This document shows positions 1-7,933 of a stretch of 50,304 bases of DNA, in pieces. The translations under genes were made by a program, and so were the position numbers. Each line of letters opens with the position of its first letter. The first letter of the stretch is position 1. The stretch covers positions 128,001 to 178,304 of the IMG/VR virus record IMGVR_UViG_3300024999_000035. One strand, 5' to 3'. This DNA is from a virus (taxonomy: Duplodnaviria; Heunggongvirae; Uroviricota; Caudoviricetes). Below the pieces are notes generated by a model, which worked only from the letters and a program-made list of their open reading frames with translations, searched no databases and was not told the DNA's origin.

Positions 1-36
1 GATACAGAGAATAATTAAACTGTTATTTATGAATTG

Positions 37-1305
37 TTATGCAGAATATTTATATAGATACCATAAGTCATGATTTACTACTGCTTTACCTTGTCTGTCT
101 GTTTTGACTGATTTTCTTTCCTGCTTTTCACTGATAAAATTATTCGGCACAGGTTCACGGTCTTTAACTTCTATGCGTTGAATGGTGACAGTTTTATCAG
201 TTAATTTTACTACTTGAAAAGCTCTAATTAATATATCGCTTCCTACTTGATAAGCTCCTACAATGTCACCAATTTTAAAAGGATTTTCTGCTTTTATTTC
301 TTTTTCATCCTTCCAATCTTCTGGTATTTTTACTTCCTTAATTTCTGCATATGGGCAAGAAGCGTCATGTCCGGTTAGTGGGTGTTCTATGAACGTGGCT
401 GTTATGGTCTTAGGGTTAACTCGGATAACCTTTGCCCAACAATTGTAACGATAATTTTGGAACAAATAACCTGGTTTGATGTCTGATTTTGTATAAAGTT
501 TTCTGCCATCTTCTTCGAGTTTATTTTTAGTTTCTTCCATGCAATTCTGAAAATACCCCAACTTGTCAATTTGATACTCTAATTTGTCCATCATTTCATC
601 CAAATAACCTTGAATCTGTTCTGTTGTTTTTGCTTCATAAAAAGAAGATACTGCCTCATTGTTATTCTTTTTATGAATAATATCATTGTAATACGTTGCG
701 TTCTTTTCCAATTTTTTGATATGCTTCAAACATTCTTCAATACGGTTATTTAAGTAGATAGGATTTTTTAATTGAGTAGCATCAGCAGTTTGTCTTGCGG
801 TTTCCGCTTTTTCAGCAAAGTATTCTGACTTTTTATACTCTTCAAATCCTTTGTGGTATCTGTCATAAATCCTTTGTCTACGATTACCAAACGCTTGACT
901 TCCTGCATGTCCGGAAATAATTGGTTGAGTGAAAAAGGAATTATCTCCATGGTGAGACTCTAGTTCAGATTGCAGAGCTTTACCTCTGTTATTTGCATTT
1001 ACAGCATATTGGTCATAACGCTCTGCTCTATACTCTGCTTTTTCTTGTTTGCGTTCAAGTTGTTCGGCAAAGGTTAAGCGTTCACCAGCTTTCTCTTCCT
1101 CTGTAAATCCTAGTTTAATGGCAGTCTGAATTGCTCTATATTGGTTATGGATTCCGCGAGATACCCAAGCATTTGCTGATTTGCTAAAAAGGTATGAGCT
1201 TTTGATTTCCTTTTTAAGTTCATCGGATAATGCAAGATAATCAGATTTTTCAAAGTGTAACTCGATTTTGCCAGTTTCTAGATTCTTAATGTAATTTTTA
1301 CTCAT
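37..1305 (-). CDS. DUF3560-domain protein (mobile-element early/leading-region type)
   Basis: 422 aa ORF with SD AGGAGG; 'RAERY...QPIISGHAGSQAF..RRQRI' matches the DUF3560 pattern from memory. Confidence 0.75.
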   Translation of the reverse strand: MSKNYIKNLETGKIELHFEKSDYLALSDELKKEIKSSYLFSKSANAWVSRGIHNQYRAIQTAIKLGFTEEEKAGERLTFAEQLERKQEKAEYRAERYDQYAVNANNRGKALQSELESHHGDNSFFTQPIISGHAGSQAFGNRRQRIYDRYHKGFEEYKKSEYFAEKAETARQTADATQLKNPIYLNNRIEECLKHIKKLEKNATYYNDIIHKKNNNEAVSSFYEAKTTEQIQGYLDEMMDKLEYQIDKLGYFQNCMEETKNKLEEDGRKLYTKSDIKPGYLFQNYRYNCWAKVIRVNPKTITATFIEHPLTGHDASCPYAEIKEVKIPEDWKDEKEIKAENPFKIGDIVGAYQVGSDILIRAFQVVKLTDKTVTIQRIEVKDREPVPNNFISEKQERKSVKTDRQGKAVVNHDLWYLYKYSA

Positions 1306-1335
1306 GTTATGTACCTCCTAAATTTTAGCATCTTA

Positions 1336-1400
1336 GCAGGACTTGTGACCTGCTTTGTGCATTAATTAGAGCGTTTTGTTATACGCTCTAACCACTCTGC
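1336..1400 (-). ncRNA. Twister self-cleaving ribozyme (circularly permuted, type-P5-like)
   Basis: Minus strand reads GCAGAGUG-G-UUAGAGCGU(AUAACAAA)ACGCUCUAA-U-UAAUGCA-CAAA-GCAGG-UCACAAGU-CCUGC. It has the UAAUGC / GCAGAGUG core, a P4 stem with UCACAAG loop and a CAC:GUG pseudoknot. Confidence 0.85.
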
Positions 1401-1405
1401 AAGGG

Positions 1406-1531
1406 TTATTTCTGTGATTGCAATATAGAAATAGCTAAACGCAATTGTTCAATTTTAACCAAATGTTTAGATTTTTCTCCATTTTCTAATTGTTCCAATT
1501 TTTCTTTTAAAACATAAATTGCATAATCCAT
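1406..1531 (-). CDS. Small hypothetical protein (41 aa, MDYAIYVLKEK...)
   Basis: Read by hand; GGGAGGTG SD; stop codon lies 5 nt before the twister core. Confidence 0.7.
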   Translation of the reverse strand: MDYAIYVLKEKLEQLENGEKSKHLVKIEQLRLAISILQSQK

Positions 1532-1559
1532 AATTAACACCTCCCTTAAAAGTTTGGTT

Positions 1560-1835
1560 TTATTTGTTAATCAAATAGCAATGCTCAACTATCCATTTTC
1601 CTTCTTCTGCATGTATATAATGATCAAGTCTTACTCCGTTGTCTGCTCCATCAAGGCAATCTCCAAAAAGTGAATTACCTATTTTTGAACCATCAAAATA
1701 TTTTGCATTACTAGATACCTTATAACTTCTTTCTAACTCGGAAAAAGGTTTTGTGAAGCTATTTTCAGTGAAAACTATTACGGCTTCTTTCCAGTCCTTA
1801 GAATCCTTTAATTGTCTAAATGTTAATTTATCCAT
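1560..1835 (-). CDS. Hypothetical phage protein (91 aa)
   Basis: ORF track; AAGGAG SD; in operon orientation. Confidence 0.8.
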   Translation of the reverse strand: MDKLTFRQLKDSKDWKEAVIVFTENSFTKPFSELERSYKVSSNAKYFDGSKIGNSLFGDCLDGADNGVRLDHYIHAEEGKWIVEHCYLINK

Positions 1836-1844
1836 TCTAATCCA

Positions 1845-1935
1845 CTCTCCTTAAATTTTAATAGTCTCGAATCAAGGCGAAGTCCTGTTATTGTTATGTC
1901 ACTTCGCCCTATTTCCATACAATCAAAATTAGATT
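1845..1935 (-). ncRNA. Intergenic long hairpin with AUAACAAUAACA loop
   Basis: GGCGAAGU...ACUUCGCC stem with an outer imperfect stem running into the downstream SD. Confidence 0.7.
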
Positions 1936-2421
1936 TTATTCACTTATCAATTCAATAAAACAACCTTTAAAGAAATTACCTTGCCTTATATCATAGAATG
2001 AACTAAAAGGAATTTGAAGCTCTCCAATACCTTTTACCTGTTCCAATATTTTATCAAAATCAATATAACCTTGAGCAATTCCATACATTCCATATTTTAA
2101 CCTTTGATGACCGTATCTATCATTTTCAAGGTCAAAATAATTGTCTTCATTGTTATGGTATTCGTCCCATGTTGCACTTAAATTCTCGTTTTTGTCACTA
2201 AATGCATTTCCGGCAATAAAAGCAAGTTTGTTCTTTAGGTCTAAATCAGTTTCACAGATAAATGCTTTTCCATTGATAGCAATTGCAAAATCATTCATTA
2301 ATTGATGCTCCCAGTCTTTACACTTTTTATCTTGGAATTTTTCAGTGTTGAAAGTAATTTTATACATGTTGATACACGCTCCTTCAAATATTCTAGGCCA
2401 ATTGTTATAGATATTTTCCAC
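1936..2421 (-). CDS. Hypothetical protein (161 aa)
   Basis: ORF track; TGGTATAAT extended -10 upstream (~2455-2463); exact start uncertain. Confidence 0.7.
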   Translation of the reverse strand: MENIYNNWPRIFEGACINMYKITFNTEKFQDKKCKDWEHQLMNDFAIAINGKAFICETDLDLKNKLAFIAGNAFSDKNENLSATWDEYHNNEDNYFDLENDRYGHQRLKYGMYGIAQGYIDFDKILEQVKGIGELQIPFSSFYDIRQGNFFKGCFIELISE

Positions 2422-2517
2422 AATTGCCTTTTCTACTCCGTAATTGATATATTCATTATACCACTATTTTACGAAGTACAAAAGAGAATTAAGGCTAATT
2501 CTCTAAATATTTATTTC

Positions 2518-2658
2518 TTAGTTTAGATAATTTCTGATGCTCTGATATTGCGCCATAAATATTTCAGCATCTTCCTTAGTTTGTGGTACTCCAAATAGTT
2601 TAAAGTTTGCTTGTAAAAATCCGTCTGCATGTAGCTTTTGAATAAATTCCAGTGCCAT
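2518..2658 (-). CDS. Small hypothetical protein (46 aa, MALEFIQKLH...)
   Basis: Read by hand; AAAGGAGGT SD. Confidence 0.7.
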   Translation of the reverse strand: MALEFIQKLHADGFLQANFKLFGVPQTKEDAEIFMAQYQSIRNYLN

Positions 2659-2666
2659 TATTTTTA

Positions 2667-2745
2667 CCTCCTTTAGTTTATATTCCCTCGACAACGTTTC
2701 AACCTGTTTTGTTATGGCTGAAACGCTCTGAGAACATACACACTA
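2667..2745 (-). ncRNA. Intergenic long hairpin with AUAACAAAACA loop
   Basis: GCGUUUCAGCC/GGUUGAAACGU stem; 3' arm has GUCGAG then the SD; begins at the upstream stop codon. Confidence 0.7.
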
Positions 2746-2898
2746 AGATTCTAGCATTTCTTTCAAATTGTCTAATAATTTCTTTTCTTCTGCTCCTGCT
2801 TTATCTAATGGGTTTAATTGTCTGTTTGCCCAATTTACCAACTTCAAAAGTATTTCTTTTTCTTGCTCAGTAACATAAATAGCTTTATATGTTGCCAT
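2743..2898 (-). CDS. Small hypothetical protein (51 aa, MATYKAIYVTEQEKE...)
   Basis: Read by hand; GAAAGGAG SD. Confidence 0.7.
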   Translation of the reverse strand: MATYKAIYVTEQEKEILLKLVNWANRQLNPLDKAGAEEKKLLDNLKEMLES

Positions 2899-2939
2899 TA
2901 TTTTGCTCCTTTCTTTCAGTTTATGTGCTCTATATGTAT

Positions 2940-3494
2940 TTAACTTTTACCTGCAAACTCACCATATAATTCTTTTCTCATTTTCTCAGCATATTTTCCT
3001 GCCTCTTCTAGTTGATCTTTCGGGAATCTTTTTAATGTGGTATTCACTCCCTCAATTTGAAGTTGAACAGACCAAGTGTTACCATTCCAACTAACATTTC
3101 TATATCCTGATTTATTATTTATGTTCTTACTCTTTTTATTCTTGGTATTTTCGCTATTTGTTGTTACTCTTAAATTTGATCTTCTATTATCTAATGTATT
3201 TTCTGCTTCTTTGTGATCGACATATTCATCTTCCTTTGCATTCATAATCCATCTATGAAGATAATGAATTTTATATTTAACTTTTCCATCAAGAGAACCC
3301 AAATATTCACACCAACAAACATAATATGCCCATCCTGCCCACTTAATATGCCAAGGTTGATTATGTTTTATAAGTCTTTTTAGTATATCCTCATCTACTA
3401 AAATAGTGAACTTTTCCTTCTTTTTATTTACTATGTAAAATTGACATTCTCCATCTATTATTTTATATTCGTTGAATGGTTTAAATCGTGCCAT
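2940..3494 (-). CDS. HNH endonuclease with C-terminal AP2 domain (free-standing homing endonuclease)
   Basis: YLHRWIM..VDH....LDNRRSNLR HNH motif plus N.SGYRNVSW..W.VQ AP2 motif. Confidence 0.9.
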   Translation of the reverse strand: MARFKPFNEYKIIDGECQFYIVNKKKEKFTILVDEDILKRLIKHNQPWHIKWAGWAYYVCWCEYLGSLDGKVKYKIHYLHRWIMNAKEDEYVDHKEAENTLDNRRSNLRVTTNSENTKNKKSKNINNKSGYRNVSWNGNTWSVQLQIEGVNTTLKRFPKDQLEEAGKYAEKMRKELYGEFAGKS

Positions 3495-3677
3495 ATTATT
3501 TAAATTCCTTTCTATTTTTATTTACTTTATTTAGTTTTCTTCTTCCTACCCTCCTTAAATTAATATAGAATTTGTACTCTATGCCATTATAGCACTTCAT
3601 ACTATAAAAACCAAATAAATTTATTTTGGCATTTAGTATACGAATATAACTAAATGCCATTCCCGTTTAATTCCAAC

Positions 3678-3757
3678 TCCTTTTAAATTTGACTCGACAC
3701 AAAATAGCGAATCTGTTATAAGTTCCGCTACCTTATGACCAACAAACTTTAAGGATT
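3678..3757 (-). ncRNA. Intergenic long hairpin with UAUAACAG loop
   Basis: CCUUAAAGUUUGUUGG...UAGCGGA/UUCGCUA...GUGUCGAGUCAAAUUUAAAAGGAG; outer arms nearly identical to the element at 5398-5486. Confidence 0.7.
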
Positions 3758-3946
3758 TAATATGCTTTTTACTTCCATCATATGAATAGTATTCTCTAAT
3801 TCGTGTTCGGCTCCTGTCCAATGGTCAATATTACCTTCAGGAAAATTAAAGCCGTTTTCCCATGTAATATCACCATTTTTCATATCAATAGATTTTCGAT
3901 ACCAGGTTTTACGATTTTCTAAACAAACCAATAAATCATTTTTCAT
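3749..3946 (-). CDS. Hypothetical protein (65 aa)
   Basis: ORF track; AAGGAGTG SD. Confidence 0.7.
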   Translation of the reverse strand: MKNDLLVCLENRKTWYRKSIDMKNGDITWENGFNFPEGNIDHWTGAEHELENTIHMMEVKSILNP

Positions 3947-3954
3947 TTAATTCA

Positions 3955-4040
3955 CTCCTTAATTTTAATAGACTCAAACCGAAACATCAAATCGTTATTG
4001 TTATTTGATGTTTCAGGTTTCAACCTACTTTTAAGGATTA
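3955..4040 (-). ncRNA. Intergenic long hairpin with AUAACAAUAAC at the apex
   Basis: 12-bp GAAACAUCAAAU/AUUUGAUGUUUC stem; 5' CCUUAA pairs with the UUAAGG SD region. Confidence 0.7.
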
Positions 4041-5390
4041 AGCAACATTAACATTGTTTACAATATTTAGAATTGCTTGAGCGTCTTCTTGATTTTCTTC
4101 TGCATCGTCCAACTCTTCTGCGGTCACTGTTATAGCAGGTTCAAGGTTTTCAGGCTGTAAAGGTTGCTCCCATTGCTCTTCAATGATTTCCTTTTGTTCA
4201 ACTTCAGGCTCAACCTCTTCAACCTGTTCAAAAGAATTTAGTTTGCTCAACTCTGAATTAATAGCATTCAATCGCATTTCCACACGTTTTAGGTCAATAA
4301 CCTTATCCTGCAAGCCTTCCTTATAATCCTTAGAAGGAGCCTGAAAGAATTTATAAGCCCATGCTGAAAACTCTTCAACGTCAACATTATTTCTTAATGC
4401 AGAATGCGCCGAATACATCAACATAACCGTATTAGTCTTATTCAACCATGTATACCGATAAGTTGAATAATTCTTAACCCTTTTACTCCCTTCTTTTTCA
4501 TCTTCTTTCTTTTTGTTGCTAATCCAAATTTCTGTTGCTTGACTGAGGTAATTAGAGACATTTATCATATCGTCTTCAATTTCTTCCGGCAGTCCCAATT
4601 CTCTAAAGCTATAAATTGACTTGTCAATATTGTCTTTTGATAGCTCAATTGGGCCATTGTTATGTAATAGCGTGATGACTTGAGATAAAATCTCGTCTCC
4701 GGCATTCCCTTTTGTCGCTAGTGGGGTTAGAGCATGTAAAATCCAGTCACTATCCAAAATTGATCTAAAGAATTTACGTGTATCGCTCCCCATAGCTGCT
4801 TTGCGAATCTCAGAAGGTTTTAAACCTTTAGCTCCGCTATTCATTTGAACGAATGCTTTTTCTGCATCTTCCTCAGAACAATTATTCATAGTTGTTATTC
4901 TGAGTTGATAACCTTTAATAATATCCTGCCATAGTTCAGGAAGTTCTGAAAATGTTTTGCCCTGGAGTGTTTCGTTAGCGTTAAATTGTTCGCCTTCAAT
5001 AGTAAACTTAGGAAACATGGTTTTTGATACATCAAGTTTGAACCCATTGTTAATGAAAAGGTAAATTGAAGTTAATCTCTGCTGCCCATCCACTGTTTTA
5101 CGAAATTGGCTTTTATCATCGGCTCTGTAAACTGTTATTTCGGGAATAGGATTTTTTAGAAGAACAGTTTGGATTAAGTTTGAAGCTCTCCAAGTCTCCC
5201 AGACGTATGCTCTTTGAGATTCCATGTACTCTCGAAGAGTTTTAAGTTCCTTACCTTCGGCTTCCTTTTTATCGGCAAGAAAATTTTGCAAATGTTTGCC
5301 GACTGTGTAATATTGCTTTTCAATATGTTCAACTAGAGTTCCAATGTCTCGTTTTTCCGTGGTATAAGTGATTTCTTTTTCTTCAGACAT
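4038..5390 (-). CDS. DUF262 (ParB/Srx-like, GmrS-type) domain protein with acidic C-terminal tail
   Basis: QRAYVW, DGQQRLTSI and FVQMNSG..L motifs; start re-called to ATG 5390 (MSEEK) after GAAGGAG SD. Confidence 0.85.
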   Translation of the reverse strand: MSEEKEITYTTEKRDIGTLVEHIEKQYYTVGKHLQNFLADKKEAEGKELKTLREYMESQRAYVWETWRASNLIQTVLLKNPIPEITVYRADDKSQFRKTVDGQQRLTSIYLFINNGFKLDVSKTMFPKFTIEGEQFNANETLQGKTFSELPELWQDIIKGYQLRITTMNNCSEEDAEKAFVQMNSGAKGLKPSEIRKAAMGSDTRKFFRSILDSDWILHALTPLATKGNAGDEILSQVITLLHNNGPIELSKDNIDKSIYSFRELGLPEEIEDDMINVSNYLSQATEIWISNKKKEDEKEGSKRVKNYSTYRYTWLNKTNTVMLMYSAHSALRNNVDVEEFSAWAYKFFQAPSKDYKEGLQDKVIDLKRVEMRLNAINSELSKLNSFEQVEEVEPEVEQKEIIEEQWEQPLQPENLEPAITVTAEELDDAEENQEDAQAILNIVNNVNVA

Positions 5391-5397
5391 TTTTACC

Positions 5398-5486
5398 ACT
5401 CCTTCTAATTTACTCGACACTAGCAACAAATTGTTATGTCTGTTATTTTTATCTTGTTGCTAATAACGAACAAACTTTAAGGGTTA
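5398..5486 (-). ncRNA. Intergenic long hairpin with two AUAACA copies in the loop
   Basis: UAGCAACAA/UUGUUGCUA stem; CCUUAAAGUUUGUU 5' arm and GUGUCGAGUAAAUUAGAAGGAG 3' arm. Confidence 0.7.
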
Positions 5487-5744
5487 GTTAATTGAGGTAA
5501 TATCCCACGAATAAACCTGAATTCTTTTTCCTTCTGCTGTTACAAGATTGTAAACAATTGCGTCTGATTGATGACTAAAAAATACATTCAGACATTTACC
5601 CTCAACTCGTGTACGCTCACAAGTCCTTAAATTCAGTTTATTGGCCTTGACATATTTTCCAATGTCTGCCTTGTCTTGTTCTGCTCCTTCCATCATTGCT
5701 CTGTCAATTGATGCGTTTTTGCTTGCCATTGATGTAAAACTCAT
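5484..5744 (-). CDS. Hypothetical protein (86 aa)
   Basis: ORF track; AAAGGAGTGG SD directly downstream of the hammerhead. Confidence 0.8.
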   Translation of the reverse strand: MSFTSMASKNASIDRAMMEGAEQDKADIGKYVKANKLNLRTCERTRVEGKCLNVFFSHQSDAIVYNLVTAEGKRIQVYSWDITSIN

Positions 5745-5764
5745 TTAATACCACTCCTTTTCTA

Positions 5765-5839
5765 ATTAACCTGCCATCTTCAGTATGTAGCGGTTAACCT
5801 ACATAGACAAGGGACTTAATGTTATTCCCTTGTTTCGGC
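5765..5839 (-). ncRNA. Hammerhead ribozyme, type II
   Basis: GCC-GAAA-CAAGGGA(AUAACAUUAAG)UCCCUUG-UC-UAUGUAG(GUUAACCG)CUACAUA-CUGAAGA-U-GGC-AGGUUAA. Full core, GUC cleavage triplet, and loop I UUAACC can pair with the 3' GGUUAA. Confidence 0.92.
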
Positions 5840-5962
5840 TTATTCCTCCCATTTATAGGAAATTACTTCTAAATCCTCTTTCTCTAGGTTATAAACTTCT
5901 TCTAGGTCGTTGCACTCAAGAAATTGAGTGGTGCCACCATTTTTAACCTTTACAATATACAT
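5840..5962 (-). CDS. Small acidic hypothetical protein (40 aa, MYIVKVKNGG...)
   Basis: Read by hand; GAAAGGAG SD; stop codon abuts the hammerhead. Confidence 0.7.
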   Translation of the reverse strand: MYIVKVKNGGTTQFLECNDLEEVYNLEKEDLEVISYKWEE

Positions 5963-6005
5963 TGTTTACTCCTTTCCAATCCCAACAAATGTCTTTTTGA
6001 TTGGG

Positions 6006-6428
6006 TTAAGATTTCACTCGATATGCTTTTGACACTAAAGCCTCTAAACACTGTTTAAACACCTTTTTTAGTTGTGACTTAGTCATACCATAGTCAAAGG
6101 GAATTTTAATTCCAAATGAACCATTGCAGGAATTTACCCCATAACCAATGTGAAAACAAGGGATATCAGAATAAGGAGCAAAAACAATGTTATATGTACT
6201 ATCATAGAAACCTTTAGTAATGTGTGGGTAGTTGCTAACGTGTACAATTTCATTACCAACTATTTCTCCATATTGTACACCTATTTGAATAGCAGGGAAT
6301 AATGTTGCATCTAAATTGCTTGCAACGTAATCGCGGAAAGTTAAAACAATTTGATCACGTTTCGCATGGATTTCCTTTTGTGTTTTTACCTTTGCAGTTT
6401 TACGCTCAACAACTTTTAATAATGACAT
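6006..6428 (-). CDS. Hypothetical protein
   Basis: ORF track 6006..6464; start re-called to ATG 6428 after GAAAGAGGT SD. Confidence 0.75.
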   Translation of the reverse strand: MSLLKVVERKTAKVKTQKEIHAKRDQIVLTFRDYVASNLDATLFPAIQIGVQYGEIVGNEIVHVSNYPHITKGFYDSTYNIVFAPYSDIPCFHIGYGVNSCNGSFGIKIPFDYGMTKSQLKKVFKQCLEALVSKAYRVKS

Positions 6429-6448
6429 AATTATTACCTCTTTCATTC

Positions 6449-6636
6449 TTAAATTTTTGCACAAGGTCTAAACTCAATTGTTATAAAAGTTCACACCTTG
6501 CGGAAAATTTAATCCCTTCAGCCTTAAGTATAATCAATTTAACATTAAATTACAACAACCTGCATTTTAATTTTGTTATGCAAGTTTAGTGTAATTGTTA
6601 TGATTAAATTGTAATAATGAATAAACTGAAGGGATT
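6449..6636 (-). ncRNA. Two adjacent long hairpins carrying AUAACAA
   Basis: 6449-6512 (UUAAAUUUU..GCAAGGU / ACCUUGU..AAAAUUUAA) and 6511-6636 (AAUCCCUUCAG/CUGAAGGGAUU closing stem). Confidence 0.65.
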
Positions 6637-6674
6637 TTATAGAATGTTTTTGGTTAATTCTCTCTTTTTGCTTC

Positions 6675-7035
6675 AGGGATATGCTTTTGTTAATGCCTAC
6701 AATTTAATTTTTAGTTAAGAATGTCTTTTAACTTGCAAAGATAATTTTTTAAGCTGTACAAATCAGAAAATTGTATTTTCTTTTCTGGAGCATATTTCGA
6801 AATTTTCATAGAAGTGTAGGCTGATATTTCGAAATCACAGAAACAAATTTGATCGAATTGGTTATAATTTTCTTCATTCCTAATTATTTCATCGTTAGTA
6901 TTAAAAACCTTTAATTGAGGAAAATTATTCACAATTTCCTCGAAATGATTTTTAACGATATAATCAGAAGAAATTAAAGCTATCATAATTTTATCATACT
7001 CCTTTTTGAGTAGGCACTAACAGGAGCATATCCCT
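6675..7035. repeat. 26-bp inverted repeat enclosing gene 6711-6986
   Basis: AGGGATATGCTTTTGTTAATGCCTAC (6675-6700) vs GTAGGCACTAACAGGAGCATATCCCT (7010-7035); 23/26 complementary. Confidence 0.9.
6711..6986 (-). CDS. Hypothetical protein (91 aa)
   Basis: ORF track; AAAGGAG SD; lies inside an IR loop. Confidence 0.7.
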   Translation of the reverse strand: MIALISSDYIVKNHFEEIVNNFPQLKVFNTNDEIIRNEENYNQFDQICFCDFEISAYTSMKISKYAPEKKIQFSDLYSLKNYLCKLKDILN

Positions 7036-7041
7036 AGAGAT

Positions 7042-7220
7042 TTTTATCTTTTCCTCTATCCCTTCTAAAATATTCCTATTTGTTTCGTTATCTTGTACTT
7101 TCATTTCTTCTTGGCTGCTTTCTGCATCATTCGCAAAATTAAGCTTTTGAATGAAATATACTAACACAGAGGACTTCTCTACGTTCGGAATATTTTAGGA
7201 AAGGATAAGGGAAGATAAAA
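7042..7220. repeat. ~35-bp imperfect inverted repeat enclosing ~110 nt
   Basis: TTTTATCTTTTCCTCTATCCCTTCTAAAATATTCC (7042-7076) vs GGAATATTTTAGGAAAGGATAAGGGAAGATAAAA (7187-7220). Confidence 0.85.
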
Positions 7221-7230
7221 GAGAGTTTTT

Positions 7231-7511
7231 AAGGCTTTTCAATCTAGCTTAGAACATAGCATGTTATTGTTATTTAAAAATTCTTTTGATATTCTGCTCT
7301 CCATTTTCCGTCAAAAACTTCGTAAGAATCTTTTAAAAGATATCCGGTTTTTGATAACCATTCCGATCTTGATAATGCCATAATTTCCTTATTCATTTCT
7401 TCTTGACTGTCATATTCGTAAATTTGAATCTCAATAACTTGTTTCGACATTTTCAACAACTCCTTAAATATTAAGTATGTTGCTATGCTCTAAGCTAGAC
7501 TAAAAAGTCTT
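7231..7511. repeat. 30-bp inverted repeat enclosing gene 7274-7450
   Basis: AAGGCTTTTCAATCTAGCTTAGAACATAGC (7231-7260) vs 7482-7511; 4 differences, 3 of which are G-U pairs in the minus-strand RNA. Confidence 0.9.
7274..7450 (-). CDS. Small hypothetical protein (58 aa)
   Basis: Start re-called to ATG 7450 after AAGGAG SD; stop is followed by ATAACAATAAC. Confidence 0.75.
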   Translation of the reverse strand: MSKQVIEIQIYEYDSQEEMNKEIMALSRSEWLSKTGYLLKDSYEVFDGKWRAEYQKNF

Positions 7512-7931
7512 TTATCCCTTACAATTATACCTACATCCTGTCTTAATTTCCACTCTCTTTTTCGAGGAACAAACAAATTATTTTTGACTTTAAATTGATA
7601 AACTGTATGTAGATCCCCATTGGCCTCCCATTGGGCCAGACTTGATTGTTATGGAATATCCAGCTTTTTCGATTCGGAGAAGCAAAGCAAAGAATGATGC
7701 TTGATATTTTGAAGAGTAGTATCGAGCTTTGCCTTTTAGAGATTTTAAGGGATTTGTTATAGTGGAATAGGATAATAGGTCTTTTAGGATTTGATACTGC
7801 CATGAACCCTTTGCAAGTTTTAAAAATGAATCTTTTTGAGTTTGTGACATTTTTATTTCCCACTTTCTTAATTTTATTTTTTATTAAGAGAGCAGAAATT
7901 AAGACAAGAATTAAGTTTTTGTAAGAGATAA
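7512..7931. repeat. ~47-bp imperfect inverted repeat enclosing gene 7590-7850
   Basis: 7512-7559 vs 7886-7931; mismatches in the paired segments are G-U wobbles on the minus strand, around a central internal loop. Confidence 0.85.
7590..7850 (-). CDS. Hypothetical basic protein (86 aa), first gene of the leftward operon
   Basis: ORF track; 'LKGKARYYSSKYQASF..L' looks conserved; inside an IR loop. Confidence 0.75.
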   Translation of the reverse strand: MSQTQKDSFLKLAKGSWQYQILKDLLSYSTITNPLKSLKGKARYYSSKYQASFFALLLRIEKAGYSITIKSGPMGGQWGSTYSLSI

Positions 7932-7933
7932 TT

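Noticed and set aside
3633-3821. 62-aa ORF
   Set aside because: Overlaps gene 3749..3946 in another frame and runs through the intergenic hairpin; no SD.
7543-7863. 106-aa overlapping ORF
   Set aside because: Alternative frame of 7590..7850; it runs into the IR arm and lacks an SD.
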